DNA from: Camelus dromedarius
Lineage: Eukaryota
Direction: 5' to 3'
Length of the DNA: 64,000 nt
Assembly (NCBI RefSeq): GCF_036321535.1
Contig: NC_087437.1
Location: 91,328,001 to 91,392,000 of the forward strand
Shown here: positions 53,065-64,000 of the stretch, one piece after another
Layout of the letters: every line of letters starts with the position of its first letter
How positions within the stretch are numbered: position 1 is the stretch's first letter
Program-made: the position numbers and the translations under genes
Notes under the pieces: generated by a model
Database searches by the model: none
What the model saw: only the letters and a program-made list of their open reading frames with translations
What the model was told of the DNA's origin: nothing

Positions 53065-53271
53065 TAGGCACTCTCAAACTTACTCTTTAAAGGTCCAGAT
53101 AGTAATATTTTAGGCATCTGGTTCTTCTGATCTCTGTTGCAAATATTTAACTCTGGCATTGTAGTACAAAAACATAGAAAATAGATAAATAAAAGGATAT
53201 ACCTGTAAATCGGTACAAATTTGTTTAGAAAAACAGATGGCCAGCCCGTGGGCCACAGTTTACAGCCTCTG
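53065..53271 (+). mobile_element. hAT-Charlie MITE (MER58A-like)
   Basis: taaaggtccagatagtaatattttaggc...gcccgtgggccacagttt; 8-bp TSD-like ctctagat (53057-53064) / ttgtagat (53272-53279). Confidence 0.88.
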
Positions 53272-53484
53272 TTGTAGATTATTGATACATAAATGGGTAA
53301 ATCAGTAAACAGAGTGAAGCTGTCTGAATATGATAACACACTGTAACAAACTTCACCATTTCAATTGCTAAAACTTAATGTTTACATCATAATATTACCC
53401 CATCAAAAGCAATGTTTGATTCTTTAATATTCACTTAGAAACCCTAGACTAATAAAGTTGTTTTTTTTTTTTCCTGTACAAATT

Positions 53485-54460
53485 TAAGAACAGAGGAAAG
53501 TTTGAAAAATAAATGAACAGATATTTAGGGTCACATGGAACAATATCAAAAATCTAAGATATCTGTAATTGGAGTCTCAAAAAGAGACATAATATTTGAA
53601 GAAATAATAGCTGAAATTTTTGCAAAAGTAGTGACAGATACAAATTTATACATTCAAGAAGCCCAGCAAAACCCACATATAATAAAAACAAAGAAAATTA
53701 TGTAGGCTTCTCATCAAGCTACTGAAAACCAAGATAAAAAGAAAATCAAGATGAATCTTATGTGCAGCCAGGGGAAGCAGCATATTAAACACAGAGGAAT
53801 AATGCTTTGAATAGTTATTGACTTTTTTCCAGAAACAGTGGAGTCCTGAAGACAGTGGAACAACATATTTTTTTAAGTGCCACCTAAATTGATTTCTACA
53901 TCCACTGAGAATATCTTTTAAAAATGAAATTGATATAAAAATGTTTTCAAATAAAAAAACAAAGAAAATCTCTTGTCAGAAAACCTGAACTTTAAGAAAT
54001 GCTAAAAGAAGTTCTTTAAGATGAAGTATAATGATATGAAATGGTATTAAATTATATTAAATCTGGAAGAAGACTCAAAGAACAAAATAATGAAGAAGGA
54101 TATATTTTTCCTTTTAGTATTTTTAACAATGTATTATTATTTTAAAGTAAAATTATATCATTGTCTTTTAGGATTTAAAACACATGTAGACATAGCATGT
54201 GTATCTATAGTATAAAGGACCTGAAGTGGGCAAATAGTTACATGCAGTAACAGGGTTTCCACATTTTATGTCACGTGTAAATATGTTACTTCTAGCAGAC
54301 TATGAAAACTTACAGAGGTCTGTTTTAATCCCAAGAACAAGCACTGAAAATGTGTACAAATAGTTTTATCTGAAATGTCATTAAATAAACTAAAATAAAA
54401 GTCTACAAATATTCCAGTAATACAAAAGAAGCAAGAAATGAGGGTCTTAAAATTTATATT
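53485..54460 (+). mobile_element. Old L1M ORF1 and inter-ORF relic
   Basis: tgtaattggagtc, aatatttgaagaaataatagctgaaa, attcaagaagcccagcaaa and gacagtggaacaacat. Confidence 0.8.
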
Positions 54461-54489
54461 AGAAAAAAATTGAAGTTAAAATTATATCC

Positions 54490-57075
54490 TTACACAAAAG
54501 ACTCTTCATTGTATGATTCATTTCAGTGAATTTCTAGAAAAAGCCAGATTAACAAGTGCTAGAAAATAATCAGAATTGTTTTCTCTGGGTAAATGAGTAC
54601 AGGAATTGAAACAGAAGGAGCCACGAAGGAAATTTCTGTAGAGATGACGTTCTCTCTTGTTTGGGTTTGTGATTCCAAACTGCGTATTCATGAAGCTTGA
54701 CTATCCCTTGGGCAACCGAAAAGATCCATAGTAACAAGTTAAAAAATACTAGAAAGAGCATTCTTGGACCAAACTACAATAAAATTAGAACTCCATGACA
54801 AAAGAAAAAATCAAAAACAAACTCTTCTTGAAATTTCAAACATTTTTATTAATCAACTATTGGGTCTAATGTAAAATACCGACTGAAATTGCAGAACATC
54901 TTGGAAATAATAATGAAAAACAAGCAACTAGAGTTTATGGAATAGCAGTTATAAGAAAAAATAATAATAAATAAATTTATATTAAAAAGGTCAATTCAAA
55001 CACAAAATATGATTTATACATGATTTTGTTTATGCTTATATGTTTGAATCATATTAAAGAGATAAATAACAAAACAGTGACATAAAAAAAATACATAATG
55101 ATAAAAGCTAGAAAAAGCAAGTTTAAACCAATAGTGAAAGACTTGTATTTAATCCAGATATCCTTCAATAAGGAATTAATTGAATAAACTATAATACATG
55201 CACCCAGTGTGAGACTGCGGAGCTTGAAAAGAAATGAAGACGTGTTTTATACACTGATATTAATAGCTTCCTTGGATATGTTAAGTAAAAATAAATTACA
55301 CAATATTATGAATAGTATGCTTCCATTTATCTAAGAAAGAATGGATTATACATGAACAAATGCATGTATATAGTTTATATCAAACAACAAACACACAAAC
55401 ATGAAATAAACCAGTAAGTTAAAGTAGTATGGTTATCTATTATGCACATATAGAGAGAGAGAACAGGGTAGAGAGCACATGAAAGAAAGTCATAGTTCTC
55501 TGTTTGTGCAATTAGCTTTGGATGCATAGACATGTTTTCCATAATAATAAAGCAAAATTATATTAGAAGAGCAAATCCTGAAAAATAAAACTAAGGTAAA
55601 ACAAATGAATTTAGTTATATCTAGCTGTTTGCATGGCTCAGATAGAGCGAATATGTCAAGTGATTTTTAAAATGCAGTAATCTGACTGATGGGATATGTC
55701 CCAAAGAGAAAAGGAACTGCAAAGAAAAATATAAACTGTTTGCACTATTTATATTGTTGATAGTAATATTGGTATTTTTATTCTGAAAATGTCTTGTAGG
55801 AAAAAGCAAGTTATTAATTATGACAATGAAATTATGAAGCCAATTTTTAAGATAAGGAACACATAATCATAAAATCAAAGAAGTAAAGATCCAGAACCCT
55901 GGATATGATCTGGAAATATCAGAATGAACTTACAACTTATTTTCTTATTAAGATATATATGTATGTGTATGTGTATTTGTACTTTCTAGCTTTATCCCTG
56001 GAAAAGGAAAAGATACAATGACCAATGAATATCACTGTTGAAAGATTATGACCTCTTAATATCATTCCCACTAGTGTGAATGAGGAGAACTGATTCCAAT
56101 TCTATGGCAAGAAATTCCCAAATATTTTGTCATACCAAGAAAGAAGGAAATTATTAGAGATTAGAGGTCATGTCAAGAAGATGTAGAAGCTGTCCCAAAT
56201 TTGCTCCCATTGGCCATAGATGGGGCAGCTTTGAGCATCACTAAACATAATAATTTTCAAGTATTGAAACATGTTAATTTGAATCTAGGGTATCGTGTTA
56301 CTCAAAAACGTATAGTAATAGCACATAGATCACCTTTGAATTATTCTGGAAAGCAACTTCAAATTGTGAATATTTGCAAATGAAGAGAAATAAACTTTAA
56401 ATTTGCCTCCCAGGGCAAACTCTGCCTCAGGGCAGCAAAGAACCTCGAAGGGAAAATTGCTCTTTATAGTGTCGCAGCTAGACGTGAAGAAGGGCTGACA
56501 GAGTGTGCGCTCTGTAAGGAAATAATGGAACTGAGGAGCTAAATTCATCACTAATTATGGAATAGGAAAAATAATTATCATCATGTATGTGTTTTCCTGA
56601 TGGAAGACTACACATCTTTTGAAGTATTCTTGGAAAAAACAAAACAAACAAGCAAATAAACAAAACAGAATCAGACCAGGATTATAGAGTTAGCACTCAT
56701 TTTAAGGAAAGTGCAGGTGACACGGCACTATGGTCAATGATATTGCATGGAGATATTTAGCAAAATCACGAAACAAGATAAGTGGCCCAGTTTCTTCAAC
56801 GTTTTTGTGAAGTAATCAATATAGAGGTAGGGATATTATAAGCTAAGGGAATTTCAAGAGAAATACATATGGCAAGTACTGACCTTTTTGTCGTGGTTCC
56901 TGATTGAAACAAATTGTAAAACCAGTTATAAGGCATCAGACAATTGAGGAAATGCAAACACTGGCAGATTATTTAATATTAGAATTACTGTAAATTTTTT
57001 AGGTGTGAATGGTGTGGGGCATATGTATAATTTAATTAAAGAGCTTCTGTCTTAAAAATAAAGTACTAACTGATA
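54490..57075 (+). mobile_element. Mosaic of old L1M pieces, mostly a long L1MC4-like 3' UTR
   Basis: L1ME-type 3' piece (~54490-54690), ORF2 linker piece (~54700-54990), then L1MC-type 3' UTR motifs such as ggaaatatcagaatgaact and attagaggtcatgtcaa. Confidence 0.65.
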
Positions 57076-57209
57076 AGCACTAACTGACCATAATATTGAC
57101 AGATTCCAGAGTCAGGCCTTTTATTTATGCAAATTTTCAACTTAAATTGGAAATCAGTTTTGATTTATTAACCAAAGTTTTGGATTGTGTTGTACTGAAA
57201 TAATGATTT

Positions 57210-57430
57210 CCAGATTAGATAGATATATAGACAGATTAGATGGATAATTAAATAGATGATAGATATACTCGTACATATATACATACATACATTCCTGTGG
57301 TGATGGATGGATGGATGAATGGGTGGATGGAATAGGGGAGAAAGAGTGTGACAGGTGAGGTGGAGTAGAGGAAGGCAGGGGGAAGGAGAAAAGGGAAATG
57401 GAAGGGAGAGGAAGGCAGAGGATCTTAGGG
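57210..57430. repeat. Compound low-complexity tract (GATA, TACA, GGAT, GA-rich)
   Basis: Directly visible; source of the two spurious ORFs 57154-57528 and 57168-57464. Confidence 0.85.
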
Positions 57431-60400
57431 GAGGAATGTGCTGTATGTACATGCAAATGCACACACTGTCTCATAAACTTACTCATCATCCCAAATTTTC
57501 CTCTTTTACTGTGATTTAATTTCCTCAACCCCTTTTTTCCTTTCCAACGTTTCTCCCAAAGGGGAAATGGGAAAAACTTAGGTCTCTAGTAAAATTGTTC
57601 TTGCTTTATTGTCTAGGTTAAATGATTATAGCAGCTTGATAAATAATTAGGTGTAAATTTATTTGACAGGCAAATAAAATGATCTTTATTAAACTTGGAA
57701 AAATGCACAGATGCATAGCGTGAAATTTAACATAGAAATTTTAAAAAAGTGTTCCATGTAGGGTATTGATAACTGAATGATGGGGAATCATGAAAAAATA
57801 TTATCTATATAAATAAGAACTAGAAAATTAATGTAATGAGAACATAGCTATTGTGTGCTTTGAGGGGACTGTCTGGTTTCTTCAAATGAGGAAATCTAAC
57901 TTAATTGACAAATAAAAAGATAGCAGAATTATCATTATTTACTTCTTTATTTGGTTTATTATATGAATTATATTATGTAGAACAACATAGTTCAACCAAG
58001 AATTCCTTAAGTAAGATGATTTACGCAACATATCATTTATGTGATCATTTTGTACAGCTAAATATTAAGTCTGGCAGGAAATTCTGCCTTGGTTATTAGC
58101 AAAAGAATTATGCAAAATAAACTAGTCCTTAAAAGTGAAACCTGAAAAGCATTTAATAACAGCAGTAAAAGGAGTGTGCATTACTTTGCTGTATTAAAAA
58201 TTACTCTTTGTGGAAGTGTGATGATATGATTAAAGAATAGATACAAAGTTCAAGAATAAACTCTACTTTCTTCCTATTTTTGTTCTTCAGCTATGCTGCA
58301 TGTGTTCCAGCTTACAAAAAAATATGTGTCCACCAAGTATATAGCTGTAAAATTCTACAATCCTGTTTAACAAATTAAAACAATAAGTGCAAATTCAATG
58401 AAAATACCATTCATTGATTTTTTTCAATATCAAACACTGTAATACCCTTTCTTTTGTTTAGATACAGTGTCCTACTTCCTTCTAAAAATGCATAATAATG
58501 TATTATTGTTTTCAATTAAAATGAATTGTATTTCGAGAATTTTTGTCATCTTTATGACACTTCATAGCTAACTATTCATGTGGAGTGAAAGCCATAGACC
58601 AATTTATTATTCCTTTTATAATTCTTACTGCCATTTTCTCTGAAGACAACTTAATTGAACCTCAATGAGTTAATTCTACTATTCATCCACTACACAATGT
58701 AAATAAATGTCTATAATTTTTCCCTCTTTAAATCTGAAAGGTGTTCAAACTGTAATTAGAGTCATGTATTAAGATTCAGTCAGTTTTATTTTGTACAACA
58801 TTTCCAGTATGAAATATGGAATCTATGCATTTAATATTTATCTTTATATTATTTATCTGTTGTGGAAAATAGCATTTTTTTAAGGTTTACAGAAGTTAGT
58901 ACTCTAAACTCAAGATTTCATTACAAAATAAATAGTAACTCTTACTGAAAAATATACTACCTTAGTTTTATTGAATATTCGTGACAAAACATTACTTATG
59001 GACTGGATAAATTAGAGATTTAAATCAGTCACTCTTAAAATAGTAAAATATGCCTGTAAGATCAATTTGGAAAAATATAAGAATACCTCTTAAATTTTAT
59101 ACTATAAATATCCCTTTTGAAGTGTATGGATTTTATTTACACAGAATCTGCCATATTGCTTTCTGCTTATCACAGGATGCCATATTAATCTCTGATAATA
59201 TTCCTCACTCTCCCCTCCCCACACACAGGTTCAATTTTGATGCTAAGTGTTAATCTTTAAGTTTTTAACAATGGAAAGTCTGTAAATTTAGAAAAGGATG
59301 CATTATTATATACTTCTTAAAGTAGAGACAGACAACATTCCCTCGAGTTTTACTAAATTTTCTCTTCTTGGCATGTCTGTCTGTATCCACCTACATTAAA
59401 ATAGGTCTGTTTTCAAAAATTCCCTAGTGGTTCCCAGTCTGGATTTTTTAAATAAATGGATCATACAGTTTAGATATTTCAATCTTGTTTTACTTTTTGT
59501 TCCTTTAGTGTTGCAAAGTCGAGTTTGTTTTTGTTTTTGTTTTCCATTTTTCTAGGTTTCATGAGTTTCAAGGCTTGTTAGGCCTGGGAAAGGAGCAAGA
59601 TATTTATCAATTTAGAAAGAGCTTATTACTATTTTGTAGTTTCAAGAGTGTGGTTTGCCTTTCTATTCTATACAGTATTACTATGTAGCTCTGATTATGA
59701 AATAAATCTTGGTATAGCTATAAGAGCATTCCTCAGCCTCAGTAGTTTTGTTTTTTTCTGGAAGACTTAGCTTAATGCAACTTCCCTCTGCTTAGCTATT
59801 TAAACATCAGTGTTCTAACAAAAATTCCAAGGTGGTAAGTTGGGTCAGCGTGCAGTAGAGAGATCTTTCGGGCTGTGTTTTCTTTTATCTCTTTGTTTTA
59901 TGAACACTTCCACATTTGGCTGTCTTATGCCCTCTGGGAGATCAACCAACCTCAGAGTATTTTCTTAAAGCCTTTTCTGAACTTCCTCTACCTTTATTAT
60001 GAGAATCATGAAGTCTTTTCTCTGAACCTTTTCCAGTTGATTAATGTGGTCAGTGCTGTGTCTTTGTGTGAGCCACTTTGATTCCTCTCCCTGGGACTGT
60101 ATTCACAGTTTTTTATGCTTTTTTGTTCCTTATTGATTCTCCTGCTAAGAACTTCTCTTTTTTTCCCTAGGACGTTGAGATTCCACATTGCACATCCAAT
60201 TCCTTTAGCTTTAAGGTTCTTACTGCATTGTGCATTCTACAGCAGGCCTGGGAGAAACCGTTAGAGCAGAGAGGATTCCATGTCTTCAGGTACTCTCAAG
60301 AGGAAATCAAAACTAAAATAAAAATCAATAAACAAATGAACCCCAGTAAATTATTTAAACCCAAGTATGGAATGTTGAGAGAAAGCTTCTATAAATTTTG

Positions 60401-60434
60401 TACTATGGAATATTGAAGACATACATGTTTGCAA

Positions 60435-60560
60435 ATATCATCTACTCCAACACTTCATTTTACAGAAGAAACTGAGATAAAAGGCCAAGCAATGTGTTAA
60501 ATATGATCTGAAACAGGAAGGGAATTATGGTAACAAAGTCAAAGGATAGATCTCAATCTC
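60435..60560 (-). mobile_element. MIR core fragment
   Basis: cttcattttacagaagaaactgaga. Confidence 0.6.
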
Positions 60561-60634
60561 TTCTTTCCAAACTTTTGCAAACTTTCAAACTTCAAAAGGA
60601 ATTGCTGGAGTCTGTGATATGGTTAATGGTTAAC

Positions 60635-60800
60635 TATTCCAACTCATTCAACAAATGTGTATCAAATGCCTACTACATATTGTTTGCAATGAATATACAA
60701 TGATGAGTAAGACATGTTCCTGCCATTTAATGAACCACAGTGAAAGGTATGGGGTACATATAAAAGATATAACACACAGTTGTACATGCAGTAATTCAGG
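60635..60800 (-). mobile_element. L2 3' end
   Basis: actcattcaacaaatgtgtatcaaatgcctacta...atgagtaagacatgttccctgcc. Confidence 0.75.
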
Positions 60801-61561
60801 AATGAGTGATCTATTGCTTGAATATTAGTGCCAGCGAATGTCTTTATTGATAAAGTTAATAATAAAATATTATTTTAATTGCTATCGTGTTCTAAACTTT
60901 AGATTTTCTTTTGGCAGACACCAAAACTTCCTGTAAAGTAGACAAAAGAAATCCTATTTAAATGAGCTATGATTTTTTATATTAATTTTGTAAAATATTC
61001 AGCTCATCACATATTTAAAAGCATTATATATTTTTTTCACATACATAGAATATATAGAAATCCTTGGGATGTCTGCTTAAAGCAACAGATAAGAATTTTT
61101 GATTTGTATATTCAATACACCTTGTGCATAGACCATGTAAAATCTTTGAAGAGATTTGAGAACAGTTTACTTTAATTAACTTAACTACTTTCCCTTACAT
61201 GCTCTGAAACAGTAGACAGTATCTTAGTGAATGTCCAATTAACACCTTTTCTGGATTAGCTAATGTTCTTCTTTCCTACTGTAAGTTATACATTGATGTC
61301 TAGGACAACCTAAATGCTTGGCATGAGGAAGCTCCTCTCACATGTACTTTGATTCTTACCAGGTGAAAAGCTTGTTCTCAAACCCTGCCTTGAGTTCCTG
61401 AACCCAATTCCAACATGTGTGCGTTGGGAAGAAGGGCTCCCCTTACTAAAAAGCCATTCTTGAACCCCAGCAGAGTGTCTGAGAATTCAAATCAATTATG
61501 ACACTGTCTACCCAGAGAAGGTATCGGATTCTACATGTGTAGGGTCCAGTCCTGCAAGATG

Positions 61562-61582
61562 ACACACACACACACACACACA
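61562..61582. repeat. (CA)n microsatellite
   Basis: About 10 CA units, directly visible. Confidence 0.95.
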
Positions 61583-63109
61583 AAGTGAAATAAATAAAAT
61601 GTTGAAGTGTGCATGTACTATGGTTTTGCTTGAAGACTGTTGTTCCACATATATAATGTGTGTTAAATTTACTTGCAACCAATGACTATATTATTTTCAT
61701 TTCTATTTGTTTAAATTCATTTGTTGATCTAGGGATAATAGCAAAGAATATGTTGCTATTGCTAAGAGCAAGAAACTTGGCTTTATTTCCTGTAATTTTT
61801 TAAAAACTTAAATTGTTTTTGAAATTCACTATCACTCTTGTCCCAATAGTTATTATTTTAACAAATTTTTGTGGAACCTAAAGCAAAGGGTAAAAAAAAA
61901 ATTATACTGTTGTCTCTACTTTTACTAGGAAGATCAGTCTCTTTTCTTCAGTTCATTTATTTTGTGGAATGCAAGCTAATTTTACATTAACTATTGATAG
62001 TGCCAAATGCAGTCAGAAAAGTAATATTCTCACACACATACAAATAAAAGCCATAAAGAAATAAGAAGTGCCAAAGACATCTTTTTTTTTATATTTCAAA
62101 ATTTGAATAATGTTTACAGTGGCCAAGAAAAAACTCTCCTATATTTTAGTGACAACATCCTTGAAGGGAAAATCTCTGATATTTTTCTTTCTTATTTTCC
62201 CTTTTTTATAATATAGGTTTATATATTTATGTTTCAAAAAGAGAGGAAAATGATGTGAGTCAAAATAAAAGAGCCATGACCCCTGATTATCATTAACTCA
62301 GAAAATATCAAAGATTAACGATGATGGATGAGTGTGAGGGCAGAATAATACTCAAATACATTATCATCTGTTTTAATGTTACATTGAACAGATAGGTTAA
62401 GTCAGGAAATTAGAAGTATAATTATGTATATATGTATAACTATATGAAACGTGTTAACCATAGGTTGGAAGAAAGGTGAAAATAATTTCACATTAAAAGA
62501 TTCTAAATTCTTACTAATTTTAAGCTACCTTTATTAACTACACCTACTACAGGTCAAATGCAGTTCTGGATACTGAAAATGCAAAGGCATAAATGTCATG
62601 GACTTTCAGTGAGCTTCCAAATTAATAGGGAAGACAGACCTGTTATGGTCTTCCTTGCACAAATAAAAGAGAGTGACTTCTAAACTGAGCTGTGAGTAAT
62701 AAATCAGAACATCCACAGTGTTTGGAGGAGGAGTGGGACAATAAAATAAGGGTAACAGCAGTGGGTATGCTAATCTGACAGAACTCATGAGCTAAGTCTC
62801 CGAGGCAAAAGACAGAATATCACATTAGGAGAAATGAAATAATTGTAGTTGGAGGTTAGGGTGAAAGTGTATCTGCATGTGCGCACACAGAGGTGCACCC
62901 CCGTTTGTACTGGAGGTCTCACAGGATGGACAGGTTTAGGAGCAGCAATCTGTTTGGAAAAAGAAGCTTGAAAATGCGGTTGCTTCACCCTTTTCATAAA
63001 ATGAGTAAATGCCAATTTTCTATACCAGAGTGATGGCTGGGTCAAGCCATTGAGGTAGAGCCTTTCCAGCCTGCCGTCTCCCAAATCTCTATGGATAAAT
63101 GGGCTGGGC

Positions 63110-63300
63110 CAAGGCACTGAGGAGCCTTCTAATCCTTGTTAAGGAGGTTGGACTTTGTTTTGAAGGCAGAATGGTGTCGTTGGAGGGTTATAAGCAGAGA
63201 AATGGGCATGACCGCAATGTGTTTTTAAAATCACAGTAAAAACTGTGTGAGAAAAAAGTAAGATTAACAGCAGAAAACAGATTAGGAGACTGACATTGGA
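63110..63300 (-). mobile_element. L2 fragment
   Basis: ttaaggaggttggactttgttttgaaggca...ttggagggttataagcagag...tttttaaaatcac. Confidence 0.75.
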
Positions 63301-63315
63301 GAGGGACATATAAAT

Positions 63316-63820
63316 TGAGAGAAATTGTCCCTGACATCTGGGACCTGTCGTCTAGGTCTTGGTATTCTCCTGTTGAACATAAACAATTTCATAGAATGTC
63401 AGCATCAGTAAAGTCACTCTGACCATAATGGTTCAAAACAAAAACAAGACCACTTTGTACTCAGGTCTGAACACAGAAAATTAATATTGTCCAAACCATA
63501 AAGATGATCAGACTGAAATGAAGGACAGCTGCCTCTTTACCAATTAAGTTTTACCCTCCCTCTAGACTTTTAAATAAGAAGATACACAGACACAGAATCT
63601 CTGCCCCTGCCCCCATTTTCTGACAGTAAAACCAATCTAATCTAAGAGCAAAACCCCACCTATTAAACTCTACCCAAAATCACAGAACACAAGTCTAAAA
63701 TGTGTAAGAAGTCCTTTCTAATGCCCTCTTACTGGATGCCCAACAGTCTCTTCTACTATGTGTATAGTCTTTCCTTACTACAATGCAAGTACGTTCCTAG
63801 TTGTCTTTGCTAAAGACATT
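63316..63820 (+). mobile_element. ERV1-class LTR (MER90/MER110-like)
   Basis: gaacataaacaatttcatagaa...aaaacaagaccact...tctgaacacag motifs; TG...CA termini; family assignment uncertain. Confidence 0.6.
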
Positions 63821-64000
63821 GGTCAGATAATATAGCTAAGAAAATATTCGGTCACTTGTTTGATTTTTAAATTAAGATTTAATAAATTGAATGAGTATCT
63901 TACTTGAACTTTCTCAGAGCAAAAGTAAAGGGAAAAATTTTGAAACATGGATTATTAGAGAGAGGAAATTCTTTACTTGAGTTATTGGTCTCTCTCTCTC

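Noticed and set aside
57154..57528. 124-aa and 98-aa ORFs
   Set aside because: Translations of low-complexity microsatellite and purine tracts.
62785..63117. 110-aa ORF in a slightly GC-richer patch
   Set aside because: No recognisable homology, non-ATG start and no supporting splice structure.
1..64000. CRISPR array, prokaryotic operon or defence system, or non-retroviral endogenous viral element
   Set aside because: No repeat-spacer periodicity, no dense ORFs and no ORF peptide I recognise as viral outside ERV-L. A tblastx search against viral proteins would be needed to exclude highly decayed EVEs.

Overview
AT-rich, CpG-poor placental-mammal genomic DNA, most likely intronic or intergenic. 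I found no protein-coding gene, RNA gene, CpG island or CRISPR array. The only ORFs with recognisable homology are decayed transposon frames: L1 ORF2 and ERV-L integrase/dUTPase. The window is a layered transposon record. Ancient layers are L2, MIR, L1M, MaLR/ERVL/ERV1 LTRs and hAT/Tigger elements. There is one younger 3.8 kb 5'-truncated L1 with a perfect 13-bp target-site duplication; its 3' end looks camelid-like from memory. No Alu, B1, Bov-tA, PRE or SINEC-type SINEs were seen. I cannot support a claim of a new biological system. The best leads are: (1) an unexplained 72-bp ungapped direct repeat (59/72 identical) with copies 2.7 kb apart; (2) a twin-priming inverted L1; (3) a collapsed, nested L1MC/L1MB/ERV-L composite retaining integrase and dUTPase; (4) several exon-like segments, one with a hairpin that would hide its own splice donor. 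Repeat subfamily names come from recalled consensus sequences, not a database search, and boundaries of old repeats are approximate.
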